Below, piece after piece: positions 53,281 to 64,000 of a stretch of DNA of 64,000 nucleotides; the first letter of the stretch is position 1; every line of letters starts with the position of its first letter. The notes beneath the pieces were generated by a model. The model searched no databases. It saw only the letters and a program-made list of their open reading frames with translations, and was not told the origin of the DNA. A program made the position numbers and the translations under genes. Source of the stretch: Eledone cirrhosa (taxonomy: Eukaryota); NCBI GenBank assembly GCA_964016885.1, contig OZ024745.1, forward strand, positions 31,186,001-31,250,000, given 5' to 3'.

Positions 53281-53461
53281 TGTTTCTACTTTAGGCACAT
53301 GGCCAGCAATTACCCAGTGCATTACTGGTACTTTATTTTATCGGCCCCGTAAGGATGAAAGGCAAAGTCAACCTCGGCGGGATTTGAACTCAGATCGTAA
53401 AGGGACGTAACTATGCTAGAAAGCATGGCGTCCGACCCTCTACCGATACTGCCAAGCCACC
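53281..53461 (-). mobile_element. SINE family 1 (full length)
   Basis: A and B boxes present. 17-bp TSD tagagaatgataataat at 53264-53280 and 53462-53478. Confidence 0.9.
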
Positions 53462-54596
53462 TAGAGAATGATAATAATAGTAATGAAATATGACAGCAGA
53501 TGGTGATGGCATTCAATTGATTAGTAAACCACTAAATATGACACTATAACCATTAATCCACTGATTTGGTGTTCCTCTATCACTGTTGTTTCTACTAGAA
53601 CTAGTATAGCTTCTTGGTTATTTGAACTAACAAGTTATGTATCATTCTACTTAAATTCCTCATCTTACCTCATCTTGAATTCCCCATTGTATCTCAACCC
53701 TGTTCTGAATCCAGTACTAAACGTATTGTATGGCTTTTTCTTGACTGAATTGTATATAACCTTTCTGAAACTCCCTTATTGTGTACATTTTTCCTTATAG
53801 GCATCAATCTACAGAAGATGAAGTTAAATATCAATTGTATCAACATTTCTATGAAATCAAGCTAAACCTACATAGGTGTGAGCTGTAAATTTCATTTCAT
53901 GGTTAATCAGTTTGTTGGACAACAGTCATTAGGCCAATGGTTTAAATGCCTTGGTATTTCTGAAGTTGACTATCAACTACATCAACTTCAAAGAAGACAA
54001 GTTCTGACTGAAATCACAATGTCACACAAACTTTTTCAGTTATGTGAAATTTAATTGCATTGATTCTCTTCCTTTGACTAAGTTAACACAATATAGGTGA
54101 TAATTAAATAAAATGATTATCATCATAATGATCATTATCATAATGATCATTATAATGAAGATGGTTACAAAGTGTAATGGTGGTGGAGATAGTGACTATG
54201 ATAGTGGTGGAGTGTCTTGGTTATAGTGATGATGATTGTGATCATGATGATGATGATTGTGATCATGATGACAGTAATAAAACATGATGGTGGGTGTAAT
54301 AATAGAGGTATTAAGAGATGATGATGTTAACGTTAGAGTTAAAAATGTACAATCCAATTTGAATATATTTATGTGAAGTGAAGTGAAGTAAATAAGAAAG
54401 AACAATATATATATATACATACATACATATATTTGTGTGTATATATATCATCATTATCATCGTTTAACGTCTATCTTCCCCACTAGCATGGGTTGGATGG
54501 ATTTGTCCCATTTGAGGCAAGTTGGGTCGGGTGACTGTGTTTCGCTTGTATAGGACTGGGGTTATGATAATGATGACATATATATATATATCTCAT

Positions 54597-57458
54597 CATA
54601 ACCCCAGGCAAACATCGTAGTTATAAGCTTTTCTGGGTGGGTAATGATGATCGGTTAGGTAGGGTGGGCATATTACTGGCTGAGAGGTGGATCAATAAGA
54701 CAATAGAGGTAGTTAGAGTTAGTGATAGAATAATTAAGCTTAGATTAGTTGTAGGCAGGAGACTACTGACAATCATCTCTGCCTATGCTCCCCAGGCAGG
54801 CCTAGGTAAAGAAGAGAAAGACTGCTTTTATGACCAACTTTTACAAACAGTCTCAATGACAGAGGACAGAGACATCGTTATGCTAGCAGGGGACTTCAAC
54901 GGACATGTTGGACAGCTCCAGGATGGATACACTGGGGTATATGGTGGGCATGGTTACGGCTCAAGAAATGAAGAAGGAGTGAGGCTTCTTGAATTTTGTG
55001 ATGCAAATGCACTAACCATTTGCAACACTAACTTCCAGAAGCCTACCAACCACCTAATAACCTACAAATCGGGCAAGCACATATGCCAGATTGACTTCCT
55101 GCTAGTTAGATAGCGAGACAGACAGATGGTGTCAAATACTAAGCATACCCTGGGGAAGAATGTACCCCACAGCATAAGTTAGTCGTTAGTGACATCTCAG
55201 TAAGCATGAGAAAGAATGGGACATACAGGAAGGTGTGGAAAAGAAAGGTCTGGAAGCTAAAAGACCTTTCATTAAAATATAAATTTAGCAAAGCCCTTCA
55301 AGAGATGTATGAAAAAGAAGATGATTTAGAGTTGTATGACATAGATGATAACTGGAATTTCTTGCGTGACAACTTACTGCATGCAGGCTACTGAAGAAAC
55401 TTGTGGTTAGGGCAGAGCTTCAACCAGACAGAGAGTGACCTGGTGGTGGAACAGCACTGTAGATAGGGCCATTAGAGACAAAAGACTGGCATGGAAGGCT
55501 TGGAAAAATGGTGGGAGTAGGGAAGGATACACAGCCGCTAAGAGAGAAGCTAGATGTCAGGTGTACTTAGCATGCAGGGAGGCTGAGAGTAGGAGGTTTG
55601 CCAATGTTCTGTGACGGAAAGATCAGAGACGTGCAGTGTTCCGCATTGCAAGGCAATGTGTCAGTGCAAATCAGGATGTTGGAAATAAGTGTGTCCGGAA
55701 TGATGCTGGTGTACTTAGTGTCACGAATGATAAAAAAATGGAGGCCTGGAAATGTCACTATGAGAGACAAATGAATGTGGAGAATGAATGGGACAGAGAG
55801 AAATTACCCCCAGTAGACCCAACAGAGGGACCAGCTATTGAGATTGACGAATATAGGGTACAAAAGGCAATTAAGGAAATGAAGAATGGTAAGGCTGCTG
55901 GACCGTCGGGGATAGTTGCTGAGATGCTGAAGGCATCAGGTGAAGTAGGCACTAAAATGGTTGTACGCATCATCAATCAAGCTATATATGGTGGTGTCAT
56001 ACCCAAAGACTGGTGCAGCAGTATTCTCATAAATTGCTACAAAGGTAAAGGGGATGCTCTAGAGAGGAGCAATTATAGGGGCTTAAAGCTGATGGATCAG
56101 GTTATGAAAGCGCAACTGATTAGAGAAAGGGTTTTGTGCCCCGGAAAAGTACAACAGATGCCCTCTTCTTAGTGAGGCAACTACAAGAGAAGTTCTTAGA
56201 GAAGAATAAGCCACTATACTTAGCTTTTGTTGACTTAGAGAAGGCCTTTGATAGGGTACCCCGATCTGTCATCTGGTGGTCCCTAAGGAAACTAGGTTTA
56301 GAAGAATGGCTTGTGAGGACAGTGCAAGCTATGTACAGGGGTTCTGTCAGTAAAGTGAGAGTAGGTATGGAATTTAGTGAGGAATTCCAGATACAAGTAG
56401 GTGCACATCAGGGTTTGGTCCTCAGCCCGCTCTTGTTCATTATAGTCCTCCAAGCCATAACAGAGGAGTTTAAGACTGGATGTCCATGGGAACTTCTCTA
56501 TGCTGACGATCTGGTTCTTATAACAGAATCAGTAGAGGAGCTAGAGAATAAATTCTGGCTATGGAAACAGCAGTTGGAATCAAGAGGTCTGAGAGTGAAA
56601 ATAGCTAAGACAAAAGTTTTGATAAGTAGAAGAGAGGACAATACTCTGATTCCATCAGGGAAATGGCCATGTTCGATATGTAGGATATGAACTGGCATAA
56701 ATTCCATAAAATGTACGCAATGCAGATCTTGGGTACACAAGAGATGTAGTGGGATACCAGGCAAACTAACAGTTAGGGAAAACTACGTATGCAGTAGATG
56801 TACGGGGAAAGTTGGCAGTAGTAATCGCAGTGATAGACACATTTTTCCAATGCAGGTGGGTTCTATAGAAGTGGTTGATAGCTTCCGGTACCTAGGTGAT
56901 CAGATTAGCATGGGAGGGGGGTGTTCCAAGGCCATAGTATCTAGAATAAGGATGGGTTGGAAGAAGTTTAAGGAGCTGCTTCCTCTGTTGACAAAGAAGG
57001 GTTTCTCCCTGTGTATGAAAGGACGGTTATATGATGCCTGTGTGAGATGCGCGATGCTGCATGGTAGTGAGACATGGGCAGCAACTGCAGAGGATATGCG
57101 ACAGCTGGAGAGAAATGCTCCATTGGATGTGCAATGTCAATGTGCATGAACGACCAAGCATAGACGAGTTGAGAAAGAAACTGGGTATAAGAGGGATAAG
57201 TTGTGGTGTGCAGGAGAGAAGGCCGAGATGGTATGGACATGTGATGCGCATGGAGGATGACCGCTGGGTAAAGAAGTGCGAAGAAATCCCAGTAGAAGGA
57301 AGACACAGTAGAGGTAGACCATGGGCGGAGGTGGTGAGAGCAGACCTCAGATCGCTGAAACTCACCGAGGAGATGACAAATGGAGAGATGCTATGCTGAA
57401 TAGGACCCATCCAACCCTTGCAAGCAGGGAAAAGCGGACATAAAATGATGATGATGAT
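54597..57458 (+). mobile_element. RTE-clade LINE, near full-length pseudogenised ORF (APE endonuclease, RT, PHD-like finger)
   Basis: APE motifs SAYAPQ, GDFNGHVG, QIDFLL. RT motifs AFVDLEKAFDRV, QGLVLSPLLF, YADDL. Several stops and frameshifts. (GAT)n tail. Confidence 0.95.
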
Positions 57459-58177
57459 CTATATATATACATACACACACACACATATATGTGTTTGTGT
57501 ATACAGAGAGAATTTAGATTTTACTGTCTAAAAGCAGACAGAAAATATATTATACATTTAAACACCAAACTCAGGAAGTGGGGAGATTTCTACAATTAGA
57601 ATACTATTATAAAAGTTACTATTAAAATATCTAATTGTGAATGGGAAAAATTAACATGAATTGCCACAAATATCAAATAAAACCAAAATGGAAAAAAACG
57701 AAGTGTGTGGATGGGTGGGGGGTAATTTTAATTCAGAAGAAGGTCTACAGTTATAAAAAAGACTGAAATGATACCAACAGAAGGGAAGGAGAGAGTAGCG
57801 AGAAAATGTTGTAACCTGTAGAATATAAAAATACTAAAAATATACCTCAATAAACAAACTATAAATTAACAAAAAAAAAAAAGAAAAAAAAACTGGCAGG
57901 AAAAATTCCATCACATGGATAATTCCCAACAGGAAGAGGCTAAAAGAGAAATGGCTCAGCAGCAGTTTTGGCATTGATCCAGAGAGGTCAGGTTTCAAAA
58001 ACATGACAGAATGGTTTTCATTTGTAAGGAGGGAAGTCTAACCATTTTCATACCAAACTGCTCAAAATCTATCTCTATAAATAAACAAAAAACCAACATT
58101 TTAAAGGGTTCCTACTTCAATTAAACTCTTCTAACACATTTTACAGGAGTTGACTGAAATATATATATATACATACA

Positions 58178-58369
58178 TGAAGGTCAGCTGTAAAGTTCAT
58201 AGGCCGACTATGGAGGAGTGATGTTAGAGCAGTGAAATCTTGCATACATTAATTTCAACTCTTAATAACTGTATTGTTTCTTTCCAGGGACTATGTTGAA
58301 AAATAAACCTCATTTGGTCATTCCATGAGAGTATCTAGGTCAGCCTATGAACTTTTCAGCTGACCCTCA
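58178..58369. mobile_element. Mariner-like MITE
   Basis: TIRs tgaaggtcagctgtaaagttcataggccgac / gtcagcctatgaacttttcagctgaccctca. Confidence 0.82.
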
Positions 58370-58994
58370 TATATAAGAACCTTTTGTTATGTTAGTAATT
58401 AAATAATTAATAATTGTCATCTTAGTAATTAAATTATTAAATTTTTTAGCAAAACTCTCCAAATTCTTCATTAATTAATTCAAATACAGAATATTTCATT
58501 AGGAATATGGTAACAAAAGAGTTAAAGAAAATAACAGATTTGTTGCATTCAAGAAACAGAAATCACAGATTATGTCTAAGTAGAAGATTTCTGTTTATTT
58601 ATCATTTATGATTCAGTTAACATCTACTTTGGGTGGTCTAATGCCAATACTTAAGGCTATAATGCACCATTGATATATCATTTCACAACAAATTATCATG
58701 TACATAACATGCTTATAATATACATCCTGTTTAACCTTTTGATAACAACCAGCTTGAGATTCTCTTTGCTTTCATCATATTGTTTTAATGTGCTTATAAT
58801 TTTAAGTTAAAATCTTCCATCATAATTGTATATAAGAGTGTTTTATTAACTTATGTTCCAGCTTAATTATAAAGCATGACTGGGAAAAATGGCCAGAGAT
58901 GCCTGCTGCATGAAAACTGAATAGTAAAAAGGGTGCTAGCATAATTTTAATTAAATATGCATTTATACTGTTGAGAAGAATCATTTTGACTTCT

Positions 58995-59810
58995 AGTTCT
59001 TCTTCGCCCACTTATTCCTGGGAGAGTCATGGGGGAAGAGTCCTCAAACACTCCTTCCAGTGGGTCCTGTCAGAAGCAACCATCACCTATTGATCGGACT
59101 GGATTCTCAAGTGAGACCAACTGAGCTTGTGGATGTTATCCACCCATTTTGCTTGGGGTCCACCCATGAGTCTCTTGTCAGTTGGTTTTGCCCATAAAAT
59201 CTGTCCAGCGATTCTTTCCTTAGACATTCTGGCCACATGTCCTTAGTATCAGAGCTGAGATGTCTCAGTAGTGGCTCTATTGGAGCAACTCTCTGGTCTA
59301 CGAGCTACACACTCTATCAAGTAACACTACTCCAAAACCCTTCAGGGGAACCTCATTTCAGCCAGTTGTATTCATAACCATAGGTAAGGGTTGGAACAAA
59401 TACCAAATCAAATATAGTGAGTTTGGCTTTTACATCTACCTCCATTCTTCCAATTACCGAATGCTGAAGTCAGCACATTACTGCATCAGCTCTTGCAATT
59501 CTTGCACTTAATTCAGTCTCCTACCTTCTATCACTTGTGAACATGATGCCAAGATACTTAAACTTCTCTACCTGCTTCAGTGGAACTCCTCTTACATGTA
59601 GAGTTCACTGTGAAGACCTCCTTGAGAGGATGAGTAACTCAGTCTTTGCAGCACTGATTTACATTCCTGCCATGCAGCACTGCAACAAACCTATCAAATA
59701 CATATCTGAAAATTCCAGCCGACTGATCTTACAATCACCAGTCATACTACTTCCAACACATGTCAATTCAGTTCAGTTCATGAAGATTATGAACAGGAGA
59801 GGTGAAAGTG
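58995..59810 (-). mobile_element. Decayed RTE-type LINE 3' portion (second family)
   Basis: Minus strand encodes LKQVEKFKYLGIMFTSD, VPTLTYG and GHVARMSKER. Confidence 0.75.
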
Positions 59811-59957
59811 CTTATAAAAAATGTCTTAGTAATGCAGTTTCATATGGTACAGGACATTTAGAGTTAATTTGAAGTCACCTAAAATAAAAAATAAAAAAAC
59901 TTTTTAAAAAATAGAAAGAAAAAGAAAACAAAAAGAAAACAACAAAAATGTGCTTAC

Positions 59958-60065
59958 TGAAAGACTTGACATGAGACCATGCTTCTGGTAACAGGTGTAG
60001 GAAAACATCCCCTAATAAACCACCAACAGCAAAACTTAAGAAAAGTTTAAGATGGTTACTGGCAG
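59958..60065 (-). CDS. SLC39A13: Internal exon of a ZIP (SLC39, LIV-1 subfamily) zinc transporter, most similar to ZIP13
   Basis: Minus strand reads tttcag|CT GCC AGT...TCT TTC A|gtaagc, 108 nt, phase 1/1. It translates to ASNHLKLFLSFAVGGLLGDVFLHLLPEAWSHVKSF, the LIV-1 TM2 signature (cf. human ZIP13 LLSFALGGLLGNVFLHLLPEAW). Splice sites are canonical AG/GT. ZIP7 is the less likely alternative. Confidence 0.9.
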
Positions 60066-60882
60066 CTGAAAGAGATTAAAGATTATATTAGATTCAGAAA
60101 ATGTTCACATTGTTTTCTTGGAAGAAAGTTGCATTCAGAAATTTTGCATGTTGTTTTTTTTGAAAGAAGCTATGTTCAGAAATTCTGTGAGTTGTTTGTT
60201 TCAGAAGGCTGTGGGTTTGAAATGTTGGATTGTCACCAATTTTAACGGGCAGTTTTTTGGGGGGAGGGGAAAGTTGATTAATTTGACCCAAGTGTATTGG
60301 TGGTATTTGATTTTATCGACCCCCATAAGGATGAAAGGCAAAGCTAACCTTGGCAGGATTTTAAATCAGTACATAAACTACACTGTGGAGCATGGACATT
60401 GATTCACAAACAAATTTTAACCTGACATATCTTCATATATATATATATATATACACACACACATACAAACACATATATTTACATACATAATACACATATA
60501 TATAAAGCATGGAAAATTCCATTCTCATTTTCTTGAACAAAGAACAAAGAAAGGAGGAACAAAATAATCAAGAAAGTTATAGAAACATAATATCAAATAA
60601 ATATATAACTAGAATAGATAAACTGTGTATTTATCTAAAACATTTCAGCTAGGTTACTCATAATATATTCCATGTGTATAAACGTGGTGACTGAGTGATT
60701 AAGGCTGTAGAAAGCTGGCTGATTGGTCTTAAGTTTAGTTATTTTCATAACAATCTGCCTGAAACCAGCCTGGTTTTACGACACACAACTGCTCATTTTA
60801 AAATGTTTATACCTATATTAAAACCTTCCTTCATAATTTTATTTAAGACATTTTTGTCAAGTAATGTTTCAAACAGCTTAAT

Positions 60883-61052
60883 AATTGTTTTTACTTTTGG
60901 CACAAGGCCAGCAATTATCCCAGTGCATTACTGGTACTTTATTTTATCGGATGAAAGGCAAAGTTAACCTCGGCGGGATTTGAACTCAGAATGACAAGGT
61001 CCGTAACTCTATGTGTCAAAGCATGGCGTCCGACGCTCTACCGATACTGCCA
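60883..61052 (-). mobile_element. SINE family 1
   Basis: Consensus match with a small internal deletion. TSD agcttaataat. Confidence 0.85.
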
Positions 61053-62135
61053 AGCTTAATAATGAAAAGGTTTAGTTATCTCATTAAATTCTTTCAATTT
61101 TCAAAATTTGATTGATACACAGAGGCAGTGTATTCTTGTTGAGGACAAGAACACCTTTGTTGTGTTGGTTCCATGATGATATGTACTCAGTACACTGCAT
61201 AATGTGGTTGGCAATTGAATAAAGACAATGTAGGGTAAAAAGGGCTGTTGAGTTACATCAAGGACATGGCAACTCCTCTCGTAAGTGCTAGTGCCATATT
61301 AAAATGCATCTAGTACACCCTGTAAAGTGACTGGTGTTAGGAAGGACATCCAGTTGTAGAAACCATGCCAAATTTGAAATGTATGAGTGAGACATGGATC
61401 TCTGATCTGTCTAAGAGGCTAAAAACTCTGACAAAAACAGATTCAGACTGCAATGATCCCTTCAACCCAAGCCAACATAGAAAGCAAGCATAAAAATGAT
61501 GGTACTTCTTCCATACAGTAATATTTGAACTAAAGCCACTTAAGCTTAAAAAATTTATTGAATGTAAAAGATTAATAGGGGAAAAAAAGCAATGAAAATA
61601 AAAGTGATTTATTCAATACAAAATATAGAATATTTAGGTAAACTTAAACAGGGTGGAATTTGATGATTATGACAGGAAGTTTATAGTAGTCTATTTGAAG
61701 TTTTGTTTTGAGATGGATTGGAATGATGGGGAGAGTTTACAAGAGAAATGTAGGTTGTCTAAACAAGTTCCTGTTAAAATGTACAATAAGAAATATAAGT
61801 ATTTTACAATGAAAAGAATGTAGAATGCATGTTTTTTGTTAGAACCAGTTTGTAAATCAATATGACTAGTCAAGTAAAACACCACATGTACTGCCTGTAC
61901 ACAGACACACACATGACACAGAGTGAGAGAGAAACAAACTCAAACAAACATACACACACAGCTTAAAATTTATTTCCAGGTGTCTTTTATATTTAGCTAC
62001 ATTCATTGATGATAAAAGAAAAAAGGATTTATAACTAGAACTATAGATAATTTAGAATGCCAAACATAATATGCTGCTGCTACAACAACAGCAACTACTA
62101 CTACTGCTTCTACTACTACTATCACTAGTAATAAT

Positions 62136-62319
62136 AATTGTTTCTACTTTAGGCACAAGGCCAGCACTTACCCAGTGCATTACTGGTACTTTATTTTATC
62201 GACCCCGTAAGGATGAAAGGCAAAGTCAATCTCGGCGGGATTTGAACTCATATCGTAAAGGGACGTAACTATGCTGGAAAGCATGGCGTCCGACCCTCTA
62301 CCGATACTGCCAATCCACC
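62136..62319 (-). mobile_element. SINE family 1 (full length)
   Basis: Near-identical to the 3657 and 53281 copies. Confidence 0.9.
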
Positions 62320-62339
62320 AATAATAATGGTTTCTTATA

Positions 62340-62562
62340 GAGACGCTGTAATGTGGCCGTGTAGGCAACACGGTAAAAACCTCCCAGCCCCACACTGTAA
62401 ATGTGGTTGGTGTTAGGAAGGGCATCCAGCTGTAGAAAACCCGCTAGATAGTCCTATGCGAGCAAGATAATCACTCTTGCCTCAAGTGGGAAAACCCCCG
62501 TCCAAACCCATGCAAGCGTGGAACACGGACGTTAAACGTTGATGATGATGATGATGATGATG
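62340..62562 (+). mobile_element. RTE/SINE 3' tail with (GAT)n
   Basis: cactgtaaatgtggttggtgttaggaagggcatccagctgtagaaa...ggacgttaaacgttgatgatg. Confidence 0.75.
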
Positions 62563-62757
62563 ACACAAGGCAGCAATTTTGGGGGAGAGGAAAGTCGATT
62601 TAAATCGACCCCCCACTGCGTGACTGGTACTTTATTTTATTGACCACATAAGGATGAAAGGCAAAGTTACCCTCGGCGGAATTTGAACTCAGAACGCAAA
62701 GGGAAGTAACTCTATGTCGTAAAGCATGTTGTCCGACGCTCTATCAATAATGCCAAT
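62563..62757 (-). mobile_element. SINE family 1, longer subfamily
   Basis: Same core plus the extra segment ggggagaggaaagtcgatttaaatcgacccc. Similar diverged copy at about 60230-60370. Confidence 0.75.
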
Positions 62758-62766
62758 TTATCGCCC

Positions 62767-63060
62767 TAATAATAATAATAATAATTTGTTTATTGGCCAC
62801 AAGGGCCGAAACATGAAGGACAATACAAAAACAAGGACAGTGAGGGGTTTACATAAAATCGAGTAAAAAAGATAACAAAATACATAACAATAATGATCCC
62901 CAGTCCAAAAACAAGATGGACAGACCAAAGGGGAGACACAAAATAAAAACCTAGTCACTGAGGAGGTTACAGAATATGTGACAAAAGAGCTTTGACAATA
63001 TATAAACAACCATCCGGTTATCAAACCAACCAGCCAACCGGAAATTTATAATAAATTGAA
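62767..63060 (-). mobile_element. Probable non-LTR retrotransposon 3' UTR
   Basis: Minus strand ends cccttgtggccAATAAAcaa followed by an (ATT)n tail. T-rich UTR-like composition. Confidence 0.4.
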
Positions 63061-64000
63061 GTGAAACCAAAAGGTGCGTGTGTTTTTATTGGCAGCATGA
63101 CCCTCCCAAATTATAACAATATCTGTTTCAACACACGTTTTCAGAAAAGAAATCTTGCAAAACAAATTCAAAAACGAAATATATATATATATTTATAAAC
63201 AAGTATATAGATGGAAAAATTATCTTTTATCTTTTAAATCATATTTATTTCCTTACATATGTTTCAAGGGAGTTGTACATCCAACCATTTGAAATGTTAT
63301 GAAACAATTCACATAATCAATATCTATATACAGGTATTGATATATAAACTTAATTGTACATTCCCCCTCTTCAGAGGAGAAATAAAATGTTTTAAAAAGA
63401 GTGAGAATGTGTGTGAAATACAACTTGTACTTTAGGCAAGAAAGAGCGGGTGGACTTTGTGGGGTTTGTTTTGCATGGTTCGGCAAGAGAGGTGTATCAG
63501 AGGTGAAGAGTAAGGGTTGGGGCGGGGGAAGTTACATAAGTTTGACATGGGTGAGGTGTGTGGATTATTGAGCAGGTGAAAAGGGGTAGGTATTAATATT
63601 GGGGAACAGTAAAGAGCAAGAGATTAGTATAAATTAGTGTCTTCTAAATGAGAGAGGAGGTGAGAGAGGAGAGGGGGGAAGAAGGGGTGGGGGTAGGGAA
63701 TTACTTCTGCAGAGGTGTAGCTGGTTGTAATAGTAATAAACATTGATAAAGAAGTTTAAACACCTTGAGCATGAAAGACGTTTTACCAAAGACCCGAGTT
63801 ACCAACAAGAATAACATTTTACCAGATACTGAATATTTTTAGAGCACAAACAAATATAAAAAGTAATAATAAAAATAAAAAGAAGTATATTTAAATGAAT
63901 AAACAAATATTTCATGATTAATTCTTACAGAACGTAAACTGAGACATCTGCATAAAATATAAGCTAGCATGTTATTGTAGCATTATTTTCATAGGTGGAT

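Noticed and set aside
60066-64000. Upstream ZIP13 exon (TM1)
   Set aside because: I found no matching reading frame with splice sites. It probably lies beyond the window.

Overview
AT-rich, repeat-dense animal genomic DNA. The repeat families and microsatellite load suggest a mollusc, most likely a cephalopod such as Octopus; this is an inference, not a database result. The only host protein-coding sequence I can support is two consecutive minus-strand exons of a LIV-1/ZIP zinc transporter most similar to SLC39A13/ZIP13 (59958-60065 and 1229-1320), joined in frame across a ~58.6-kb intron. That intron contains a ~21.9-kb 33-bp satellite with multi-kb higher-order repeats, a 40-bp minisatellite amplified from a LINE reverse-transcriptase motif, a 30-bp minisatellite, decayed RTE LINEs, two tRNA-derived SINE families, mariner/Tigger/piggyBac MITEs and three non-autonomous Helitrons. 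The most unusual signal is a cluster of minimal type I hammerhead-ribozyme motifs in (TA)n-embedded insertions. One is a CpG-rich 593-nt unit with a 61-bp terminal redundancy and a U3-A8 variant hammerhead core, a candidate retrozyme/circular-RNA retroelement. The giant ORFs in the ORF track are tandem-repeat artefacts.
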